Shown here piece by piece: positions 24,291-31,786 of a stretch of 45,952 nucleotides of DNA. Below the pieces are notes generated by a model. The model did not search any database, was not told the origin of the DNA, and saw only the letters and a program-made list of their open reading frames with translations. The DNA is from a virus (taxonomy: Duplodnaviria > Caudoviricetes), in IMG/VR virus record IMGVR_UViG_3300049139_000096, positions 1 through 45,952 of that record, one strand, 5' to 3'. Position numbers and translations under genes: made by a program. Each line of letters opens with the position of its first letter. Within the stretch, counting starts at the first letter, position 1.

Positions 24291-26398
24291 ACATGACCTC
24301 ACGTTTCGACGCCTTCAAGGCATGGTGGGATAACGGCTTCCGCGATCTGATCCCGGTTATCCCGCCTGACGCCAAGATCTCTCCGACTAGCTATATCGCC
24401 AAGAACGACGGCGCCGGCAAAGCACCAGGCGTCATGTACAACAGCGGCCTATGGGGCGGAATGCCCGGCTGGCGCGAGCACCAGACGACAGAACAGGATC
24501 TCGCGTCCTGGTTCGTCATGGGCGCGTCGGTCGGCCTTCGTCGTGGTGCTGCGTTCATGCTCGACATCGACGCCTACGATGCTGACGTGGCTGACATGAT
24601 CGAACAGGCCGCCATTGAGATGCTTGGGCCTGCACCCATACGTGTCGGCCAGTGGCCGAAGCGGGCGCTACTCTATAAAGCTGACGGTCCGATATCTGGC
24701 CTCAAAGTGACGTTCGAAGGTCCGGGCGCAAAACCAAGCCAGATTGAAGTACCCGCTCAGACTGTGATCTATGGTGTCCACAAGAAGACGGGCAAGCCCT
24801 ATGACTGGCCGCGGAAGCCGGTAGGCATCGATAAGCTCTCCGTCGTCAGCGCAGACAAGCTAAATGCATTTATGGAGCATATGCGTCGCAAGCTGCCGAA
24901 GGCGCAACGGTCAGACGTCGCCAGTTCGTCCGATCGAGACAAGATCGACCAACGCAAGCTGATGGGCGATCCCGACTTGGTCGCAGCGGCGGTCAGGCGG
25001 CTCCCCAACACGCAGGAAGCCTTTCCGACTTACGACGACATGATCCGCGTGCTCAACGCCATCAGCGCAGCCCTGCCAGCGCACCGCGATCTTGCGAACG
25101 AGCTGGCGCATGACTGGTGCTCGCGGTGGGAAGGCGGCGACTACGACCACGATCTGACGGAACGGCGCATCGCGACCGTCAAGCCGCCGCACTCATTCGG
25201 GGCTGCTTTTCTTTACAAGGAAGCCGACCGCCTAAACCCGATGCCTGACGGCAAATCGTTCGTGGCGATGTCGATCTTCGAAGCCCTCCCTGATCCAGAA
25301 ATTGATCTAAACCTTTTTAATACCCAGGAGCCCGAAAAGCCCAAGGACACGTTCCGGCTGTTGACGATCGACGAGATCCTGCACCGTCCGAAGCCTACCT
25401 GGCTGATTGAGCGTCATATCCCCGACAAGGCGGTCGGTTTCATGTATTCCGAGCCTGGCGCCGGCAAGTCCTTCCTAGCCCTCGATATGGCCCTCTCAAT
25501 CGCCCATAACCTGGACAACTGGCAGGGCGATAGCCTGAAGCAGCAGGACGACGCAGTCGTCGTTTACATCGCAGCAGAAGGCGCCTTCGATTTCGGAACC
25601 CGTGTCAAGGCCTGGCACAAGGCCCGTCACATCGAAAATTTATCTAAACGCTTTTACATCATCGAGCAGACGATCAACTTCATGAAGCCCGAGGACGTCG
25701 ACAAGCTGCTTCGAACGCTCAAAACTGTCGAGCCTCTACGTCCGGCCCTTGTCGTGGTGGACACCGTCTCCCGTGCCTTGCCTGGCGCAGATGAGAACCT
25801 GCAGAAAGACATGACGCGTTTCGTCCAGGCCTGCGACGCGGTGCGCGATACATTCGACTGTGCCGTGCTGGGGATCCACCATGCGGGCAAGTCTGGCGAT
25901 ATGCGCGGCTCTACGGTTCTGCTTGGTGCTGGCGATTTCGTGTTTAGGCTGCAGCGCAAGAAAGGCGCGACGATCGGCAACCTGTTCTGTGAGAAACAGA
26001 AAGCCGCGCCTGACGGGTGGGAGGAGCCTTACAGGTTCGACCTGGTTGTGGTGGGCGAGGGCGAGACGTCGCTTGTACCGTCGCGCGCAGATATGAGCGT
26101 TGGCCCTTCTGTGGAGCTCACGCCTGACACGTCTGCGCGCGTCCTGGCGGCAATGAGGGCGGCATGGGATGAGGGCGAACCCTGGTCAAAAGCACCCCAG
26201 GCAAAGGAACGTTACGCGGTTCGACGCATGGTGACAGACTTCGGATTTGACGGAGTTAAGGCAGAGGAGACGCTTAAGATTTGGGAAGCGTCAGGACTAA
26301 TATCGGTGGAAATGAAGTCCAGCAAGCATCGGATTAGCGGTTTTAAGGTGGGGGAAGGGGTCGGACATTCTGTCCAGATGGACGGCATTTTCGGCTAG
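24287..26398 (+). CDS. bifunctional primase-polymerase / AAA_25 (RepA-like) helicase
   Basis: N-terminal prim-pol (GLRRG..FMLDID), PriCT-like middle, SEPGAGKS Walker A, YIAAEG, VVVDT, IHHAGKS, RGST. Confidence 0.9.
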   Translation: MNMTSRFDAFKAWWDNGFRDLIPVIPPDAKISPTSYIAKNDGAGKAPGVMYNSGLWGGMPGWREHQTTEQDLASWFVMGASVGLRRGAAFMLDIDAYDADVADMIEQAAIEMLGPAPIRVGQWPKRALLYKADGPISGLKVTFEGPGAKPSQIEVPAQTVIYGVHKKTGKPYDWPRKPVGIDKLSVVSADKLNAFMEHMRRKLPKAQRSDVASSSDRDKIDQRKLMGDPDLVAAAVRRLPNTQEAFPTYDDMIRVLNAISAALPAHRDLANELAHDWCSRWEGGDYDHDLTERRIATVKPPHSFGAAFLYKEADRLNPMPDGKSFVAMSIFEALPDPEIDLNLFNTQEPEKPKDTFRLLTIDEILHRPKPTWLIERHIPDKAVGFMYSEPGAGKSFLALDMALSIAHNLDNWQGDSLKQQDDAVVVYIAAEGAFDFGTRVKAWHKARHIENLSKRFYIIEQTINFMKPEDVDKLLRTLKTVEPLRPALVVVDTVSRALPGADENLQKDMTRFVQACDAVRDTFDCAVLGIHHAGKSGDMRGSTVLLGAGDFVFRLQRKKGATIGNLFCEKQKAAPDGWEEPYRFDLVVVGEGETSLVPSRADMSVGPSVELTPDTSARVLAAMRAAWDEGEPWSKAPQAKERYAVRRMVTDFGFDGVKAEETLKIWEASGLISVEMKSSKHRISGFKVGEGVGHSVQMDGIFG

Positions 26399-26404
26399 AA
26401 GGCA

Positions 26405-26572
26405 GGGCGAGGGTTGGGCGAGGGTTGGCGAGTGTCGGGCGAGGGTTGGCTGTAAGCCTTTGATTTCATTGAGGGCGAGTGTCTAGGGCGAGGGTTGGCG
26501 AGTGTGCGAGGGTTGGCTGCTAAGTCATTGTTTTATTAGGCGAGGGTTAGTAGGCGAGTGTGGCGAGGGTTT
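26405..26572 (+). repeat. iteron-like array GGCGAG[GT]GT, putative replication origin
   Basis: About 11 copies of GGCGAGGGTT/GGCGAGTGT directly after the primase-helicase, with two AT-rich IHF-like sites. Confidence 0.75.
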
Positions 26573-26686
26573 CCCTATACTACGTATACCGCTGGCGGCG
26601 GCCCTATGGGCCCGCGCCGGGCACGGTATCTTGTATCGAGTTGGGCGAGCAGCGAACAAGGGAAGGCCAAACACACATACAAAAAG

Positions 26687-26713
26687 AAAGGCCGCCTATA
26701 TGGGCGGCCTTTT
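26687..26713. terminator. bidirectional intrinsic terminator
   Basis: AAAGGCCGCCTA-TA-TGGGCGGCCTTTT between convergent genes. Confidence 0.75.
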
Positions 26714-26802
26714 GCGGTTCACTAGACGTCGGACAATATGTCCGACCAGGATAGCGGGGAGGGTGATTATTATTATCACTCCTCCCAGGAGCAGGAGGTA
26801 AA

Positions 26803-27204
26803 TCATTCTGCTGCCTCCCACGTCGACGAGCATATAGCAACACACCGCCAATAGTCGCGCTTCTCGTCATCGGACCATTTGTCTTCGTTGACGGCGCGCA
26901 AGGCCATATGGTGGGGGAGGCCATCTGTGATCTTGAAGAGCAGAGAGGCGGCCACTGCGCGAGCGTGTCGGCGGTAGTCGTATTTCGTGACTGCCTTGCA
27001 GCCTTTCTCTGTAAGCCAAGCCATGACGCTCGTTTCGGTCGCAGTGGCAGGCTGATGCCAATTACGGATATCGGCGTCGAGACTGTCTTGCGTTGCGTGT
27101 GCGTGGCGAAGTGTCTCGAGCATTATCGGATCGTCACGGTATTGTCTTTCGGTCGTTTCGCGTTCTGCGGGGTGGATTGGAAACTGAATGGCCTGATTGG
27201 TCAT
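26803..27204 (-). CDS. hypothetical protein
   Basis: 133 aa; AAGGAACCGACACC-ATG start. Confidence 0.7.
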   Translation of the reverse strand: MTNQAIQFPIHPAERETTERQYRDDPIMLETLRHAHATQDSLDADIRNWHQPATATETSVMAWLTEKGCKAVTKYDYRRHARAVAASLLFKITDGLPHHMALRAVNEDKWSDDEKRDYWRCVAICSSTWEAAE

Positions 27205-27232
27205 GGTGTCGGTTCCTTGATGGTCGGTCGTG

Positions 27233-27265
27233 AGGATGTCGGTGGATGTCGGTGGATGTCGGTCG
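27233..27265 (+). repeat. tandem repeat (GGATGTCGGT)x3
   Basis: ggatgtcggtggatgtcggtggatgtcggt, intergenic. Confidence 0.7.
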
Positions 27266-27275
27266 TGAAATCAGA

Positions 27276-27572
27276 CTAATCGGGCAGCTTGAGAGCGGGG
27301 TGCCAGCGCATATCGAAGAATGGACCTTCTGCGCCGTAGCCGGTCATGACTTCGTTTGCCTTAGCGGTCGCGAGGTATAGCGGCTTGTTGAATGGGTTCG
27401 CGGCGTAGAACGCGGCAAGGGCCTTGCATCGGGAGGAAAAGGGGCCGACTTGCTTTTTGCCGCGCTTGGCCCAGTAAGCGACAGAGTTAGCGCCGCAGGC
27501 ATCATGCGCTGCGACGTTATCGGGCATTGCGGCTGTCAGGGCGGGTTGAGGTATTATCTTCGACATGGTCAT
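27276..27572 (-). CDS. hypothetical protein
   Basis: MTMSKIIPQ...; AAGGAG RBS. Confidence 0.6.
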   Translation of the reverse strand: MTMSKIIPQPALTAAMPDNVAAHDACGANSVAYWAKRGKKQVGPFSSRCKALAAFYAANPFNKPLYLATAKANEVMTGYGAEGPFFDMRWHPALKLPD

Positions 27573-27725
27573 TTCGCTCCTTTGCGTTGGTTGTCGTCTG
27601 GTGACAGTTGGAATGTATGTCACTTGTATAGCACCTGTCAACAGGCAAACCGACAGAAATGTTTGCGAGTGAAGATTTTTATGTCTATGATCCTGTGAGG
27701 AAATACCTATCAAGGTTAGGACGTT

Positions 27726-28211
27726 ATGCCTAGAAAAGGCGGGAAGCTGACCCCTATGGAACGGACATGGGCAGAGCGATATGCGGCAACCGGGGATCAC
27801 GTTTATGCAGCCGAAAAGGCCGGATATCGCCAACCGAGTGTTAGAGCGCTGGAAAATATGAAAGACCCTGCAGTCATGGCGACGGTGGCCGTCCAGGTCG
27901 GACGCAAGCTGGAGCAGCACGCGGTCGCCGCTGTTGATGTGCTCGCGGGCATCATGAACAACGTGAAGTCAAAGGATGGCGACCGGATCAAGGCAGCTGA
28001 TCGGATCCTCGTACACCTGGCGGCACGCGGGGAAGGCAACGGCAAAGAACCGCATGAGATGACGCTGGCAGACATCGAGGCGCGCAGGGCAGCGTTGGAG
28101 GCCGAACGCGACGCACTCAATCACATGGCTGCAGAACGCTCGCGACCAGTGATGGAGCTTGAGGCCTCGACGATCGACGAGACAGCCGATGACATGGGCA
28201 TTTTGGGGTAG
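27726..28211 (+). CDS. terS: terminase small subunit
   Basis: LTPMERTWAERY..TG....AAEKAGY.....A...MKDP.V...DRIKAA. Confidence 0.8.
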   Translation: MPRKGGKLTPMERTWAERYAATGDHVYAAEKAGYRQPSVRALENMKDPAVMATVAVQVGRKLEQHAVAAVDVLAGIMNNVKSKDGDRIKAADRILVHLAARGEGNGKEPHEMTLADIEARRAALEAERDALNHMAAERSRPVMELEASTIDETADDMGILG

Positions 28212-28548
28212 ATGTGCGCAACATGTGCGCAAGGTGATAGCGTAAAGCCCTATGATACAGGGCCCCTAACTGTATGAGATAGACAGTTAGCCACGCGCGG
28301 CGAGCCGATCGCCGGCCGGTTAGGCCGCACCCGGCCCCCGGCACCAGTCCGCCGTTCGACCCGGCAGCGTCGTCACCCGCGCGCACTAAAATTCGAGCCG
28401 AAAATACTTTTGGACGTCTTGTCCTGACCGACAAACTAGCATACAAAACCTTACCGCCGGGTAGTGGTAACGCCCACCCCTCGAATATCGGCCTCTGCGA
28501 TCGGTGAGGCGGCGGTGACAATTCTGAGGCGTACAACCTCAACGGAAA

Positions 28549-28635
28549 TGGTCTAGCTCACTGGTGAGAGCGACCCGTTCGTAACGGGTAGGGGCGGGCC
28601 CGACGGGGCTTAGGTTCAATTCCCGCGACCAGCCA
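28549..28635 (+). tRNA. non-canonical tRNA-Thr(CGT)-like RNA
   Basis: TA-GCTC-ACTGGTGA-GAGC D arm; ACCCG-TTCGTAA-CGGGT anticodon arm; GGTTCAATTCC T loop; 3' G-CCA; only a 5-bp acceptor stem and a 16-nt insertion in the T arm. Confidence 0.65.
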
Positions 28636-28718
28636 TTCCCACCCTTGTCGGCCTTCCAGCTTGACAACCAACAGACGCCCGACATACGCTGCCGGACCGA
28701 CACAAAGGAACCGACATC

Positions 28719-29081
28719 ATGAAAATCCTGTTAGACGACAAGGTCATCGAAGACGGCCAAACTCTCGTCATTCCCGCAGACGTCCTGGAAGTGCTCCGTA
28801 CGGCCGGACCCGTAGAGTGGGGGAGCACGGAAAAGCAGACGGACGAGAAGCATGTCAGCGATCTGGAAGACACCCTGCGCCTGACGCGGGAATATTTCGA
28901 CGGTATGCCTGCGGAAACGGCCATGCACGGCGTCTACCTCGCCGGCACGGGCGTCGTGCTAGCGCACACCGGAACCAGCCCCAATTCGCCACAGCACGCC
29001 CGGATCATTGCCGGCCTCTGGAACACCCTCGTCGTCATCGCAGAAGCGCAACGGACTTCGGGGGGGCCGTCTGATGGTTGA
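28719..29081 (+). CDS. hypothetical protein
   Basis: AAGGAACCGACATC-ATG start; TTGACA upstream. Confidence 0.7.
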   Translation: MKILLDDKVIEDGQTLVIPADVLEVLRTAGPVEWGSTEKQTDEKHVSDLEDTLRLTREYFDGMPAETAMHGVYLAGTGVVLAHTGTSPNSPQHARIIAGLWNTLVVIAEAQRTSGGPSDG

Positions 29082-29397
29082 ACTTTTCATTTACACCCTG
29101 TTTCTCCTGCTCGCCGCCCATTGGGTGGCCGATTACCCGCTTCAGGGCGATTTCCTCGCCAAGGCGAAGCAGCAAGGCCCGTTACGGGTCTATCATCTCG
29201 TCGCACACGCTGGCATTCAGGGCGCTGCCGTGACGCTAGTCACCGGGTCGCTGTGGCTCGGCCTGCTGGAATGGCTTCTGCACACCGTGATCGACGACAT
29301 GAAGGTCAACGGCAAGACGACTTTTGCACAGGACCAGGCGCTTCACGTCATTTGCAAGGTTCTGTGGGCAGTTGTCGTAGTTTCGGGGGCCGTCTGA
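29074..29397 (+). CDS. DUF3307 membrane protein
   Basis: AHWVADYPLQ...HAGI...HTVIDD.K...QDQALH. Confidence 0.85.
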   Translation: MVELFIYTLFLLLAAHWVADYPLQGDFLAKAKQQGPLRVYHLVAHAGIQGAAVTLVTGSLWLGLLEWLLHTVIDDMKVNGKTTFAQDQALHVICKVLWAVVVVSGAV

Positions 29398-29492
29398 TGT
29401 TCGTTCCCGAGGACAAGCTGCCACCCTACGATCGCATCGCTGCGGTCCTGGTTATCATCGGCGTTCTCGCCGTGTTTTGGTGGGTGATCTGA
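29397..29492 (+). CDS. small membrane peptide
   Basis: MFVPED...IAAVLVIIGVLAVFWWVI; TGATG coupling at both ends. Confidence 0.55.
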   Translation: MFVPEDKLPPYDRIAAVLVIIGVLAVFWWVI

Positions 29493-29734
29493 TGAAGTTT
29501 TGGCTCGTTCTCTACGTAGCAGGCCAAGTCGGAGGCTCCTGGGGCCCGCTCCCCTACGACGTGGCCGAGTGCATCGAACGCAAGAAGCCTCTGGAGCAGG
29601 AAATCGCGTACATCGTCGAGCACGGCAAGAACCAAGTCGGGGAGGCTGTCGGCGAGCCGCATTTAAGCCGGTTCAAGCAAATGCGCTTTGAGTGCGAACT
29701 GCGCGCCGAGCGCCCTGAAATCGAGGTGGATTGA
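29492..29734 (+). CDS. hypothetical protein
   Basis: MKFWLVLYVAG...; coupled start. Confidence 0.6.
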   Translation: MKFWLVLYVAGQVGGSWGPLPYDVAECIERKKPLEQEIAYIVEHGKNQVGEAVGEPHLSRFKQMRFECELRAERPEIEVD

Positions 29735-29773
29735 CCGCTTGACAAGCCACCAGACATAGGCCAACATCAGCAT

Positions 29774-29870
29774 ACAGATCGAGCCAACCTCCTCCCGGCA
29801 AAATCTGGATCTCCTGTCAACTCCTCCCGGAAAAGAGCCGCCGAACCCTGCCTCGGCGGCTCTTGCCATT
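29774..29870 (+). ncRNA. cuckoo/alpha-r14/CcsR-like sRNA
   Basis: TTGACA-N17-CAACAT promoter; hairpin with a CCTCCTCCC loop (29788-29796); second CTCCTCCC (29821-29828); 12-bp terminator-like stem (29833-29864). Confidence 0.65.
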
Positions 29871-29923
29871 TGTCGGTCATGTCTGTAGGTTGTAGGCCAC
29901 TGTTCAACTTTCGGCGGGCGACA

Positions 29924-30913
29924 ATGGTCACGGCAGCGCAAATTCGCAAAGCATCGAAGGGGGTCGGCAACGCCGCGAACCTGAACTCGGTCGTCGTGGC
30001 GCTCGATCGGTACGGACCGGACGTCGGGCTCGACCTGCCGCACCGCCAGGCGCACTATCTGGCGCAGCTGATGCACGAAAGCGGTTCGTTCCGCTACGAT
30101 CAAGAAATTTGGGGTCCAACCAAGGCACAGATCGGCTACGACACGCGCACCGATCTCGGCAATACGCCCGAAAAGGACGGCGACGGCTTCAAGTATCGCG
30201 GTCGTGGACCTATCCAGATTACCGGAAAATCGAACTACGGCCAGTTCCGGGACTGGTGCAGGAAACAGGGCTACAACTGCCCCGACTTCGTCGCCGATCC
30301 GGATGCGGTCAATACGGATCCCTGGGAAGGTCTGGTTCCGATCTGGTACTGGACGACGCGCGGCCTCAACAAGTGGGCCGACCAGAACGACATCGAGACG
30401 ATCACCAAGAAGATCAACGGCGGCAAGAACGGGTTGGCCGACCGGATCGATTATTACGGGCGCATGGCGCTCGTCATGTGCGGCTTCGAGCCGACCGACG
30501 CGGGCGTCCGCGGCTTCCAGAAATATTGCAATCTCGACCAGGACGGCGACGTCGGTCCGAAGACCCGCGCTTGTCTTCACAAGAGGCTCGTCGAGCTCGG
30601 CAAGATCGAGGGCGCGCCTTCTGCGCTCATGACGCAGACGTCTGACGTGCGTTCCGCGCCCGTCGTCGAAGAGAAGGCCGTCGTTCCGGAAACAGTCGAG
30701 AAGGACGTCAAGAAGAAGTTCAGCCTGACTGGCCTGTTCGGCGGTGGCGGTGCGTTCGGCGGTATCGGGTTGGCCGCGTTCGCCGGTATGGATTGGCAGG
30801 TCGTCGTCGTGCTGTGCGGGACCGTCCTGCTGGCGCTGCTGTTGGGCCTGATCCTGCGTAAGTGGATCGTCAATGCAATCAAGCAGACGCGCCAGGATCT
30901 CGCCGATGCTTGA
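29924..30913 (+). CDS. endolysin, GH19 chitinase-like + PG-binding domain + C-terminal TM segments
   Basis: AHYLAQLMHES, YRGRGPIQITGKSNY, ITKKINGG.NGLADR; DGDVGPKT; hydrophobic C-terminus. Confidence 0.9.
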   Translation: MVTAAQIRKASKGVGNAANLNSVVVALDRYGPDVGLDLPHRQAHYLAQLMHESGSFRYDQEIWGPTKAQIGYDTRTDLGNTPEKDGDGFKYRGRGPIQITGKSNYGQFRDWCRKQGYNCPDFVADPDAVNTDPWEGLVPIWYWTTRGLNKWADQNDIETITKKINGGKNGLADRIDYYGRMALVMCGFEPTDAGVRGFQKYCNLDQDGDVGPKTRACLHKRLVELGKIEGAPSALMTQTSDVRSAPVVEEKAVVPETVEKDVKKKFSLTGLFGGGGAFGGIGLAAFAGMDWQVVVVLCGTVLLALLLGLILRKWIVNAIKQTRQDLADA

Positions 30914-31211
30914 GTGGCTCGCGTACCAGGTTCCCTGGTGGGTTTGGGCGGTGCTGGCGATCGTCGTGATTGGCTTTCTGCACCGCTTCATCGGCCTTCG
31001 AAATGCTCTTGTCGCCGCTGGCATCGCCGCCGCGGCGATTTTCCATACACGGGCACGGCAGCAGGGCTGGAAAGACCGGGAAGACCGGATCGAACAGGAC
31101 AAGGCAAAGGCCATCGTCAAGCGGAGAGAAAGCGATGCGGAAATCGATCAAATGGATAGCGCTGGCCGCGATGCTGAGTGGGATCGCTGGCTGCGCGACG
31201 ACAAGCGGTGA
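30906..31211 (+). CDS. inner-membrane spanin (Rz-like)
   Basis: N-terminal TM segments followed by a charged coiled coil; overlapped by a lipoprotein ORF. Confidence 0.6.
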   Translation: MLEWLAYQVPWWVWAVLAIVVIGFLHRFIGLRNALVAAGIAAAAIFHTRARQQGWKDREDRIEQDKAKAIVKRRESDAEIDQMDSAGRDAEWDRWLRDDKR

Positions 31212-31329
31212 TTTCTGTTCAGTCGCTTCCGCGATCCGGCCTTCGGTCGACGACCAGGTCACGGACGGCACGCGGGATCAGGTCTTGAAGCATAACAATT
31301 ACGGCGCGCAAGTCTGCGGCTGGAAATGA
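31135..31329 (+). CDS. outer-membrane spanin lipoprotein (Rz1-like)
   Basis: MRKSIKWIALAAMLSGIAG-C lipobox; overlaps the i-spanin 3' end in another frame. Confidence 0.7.
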   Translation: MRKSIKWIALAAMLSGIAGCATTSGDFCSVASAIRPSVDDQVTDGTRDQVLKHNNYGAQVCGWK

Positions 31330-31342
31330 CCGGAAGACTGTA

Positions 31343-31786
31343 GTGCCGTCACCAGAACAGATCTCCTCACAGCTTGCAGACATTCAACGAACTCTTGGAA
31401 CCTTGCTCGGGGAGAGCAAGAGGGCCGAGGAAGATCGTCACCAGGCCAACGGGCATCGCGAGCGCATCTATGAGCGCATCGACGAATTGCGGGAAGAGAT
31501 GGATAAGCGTTTCGCCCGCACCGACGAGAGCATCGCCATATCCGGATCGATTGCGGCGCAAGCCCGCGATCAGGCAGCACAGGCCAGAGAGCGCGCCGCC
31601 GAAGTGAAGAAGCTCGTCGACGAGGAGATCAAGCCGCAGACGGACGACTATCGGCGAATGCGGACTATGGGCAACGGTTTCATGATCGCTGTCGCGCTCG
31701 CTGCCGGAACGCTCGGCATCACATTCTCGTCGGTCGTGAAGGCGTTTTTGGCGGGCGTCACGAACTCCCTCACGGGGCGCGGCTGA
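31343..31786 (+). CDS. coiled-coil protein with C-terminal TM (DUF1515-like, possible holin)
   Basis: Long coiled coil then FMIAVALAAGTLGITF; lies between the lysis genes and TerL. Confidence 0.55.
   Translation: MPSPEQISSQLADIQRTLGTLLGESKRAEEDRHQANGHRERIYERIDELREEMDKRFARTDESIAISGSIAAQARDQAAQARERAAEVKKLVDEEIKPQTDDYRRMRTMGNGFMIAVALAAGTLGITFSSVVKAFLAGVTNSLTGRG

Noticed and set aside
26405-26572. CRISPR array
   Set aside because: Repeats are 9-10 bp with 0-25 bp irregular gaps; no spacer structure and no cas operon
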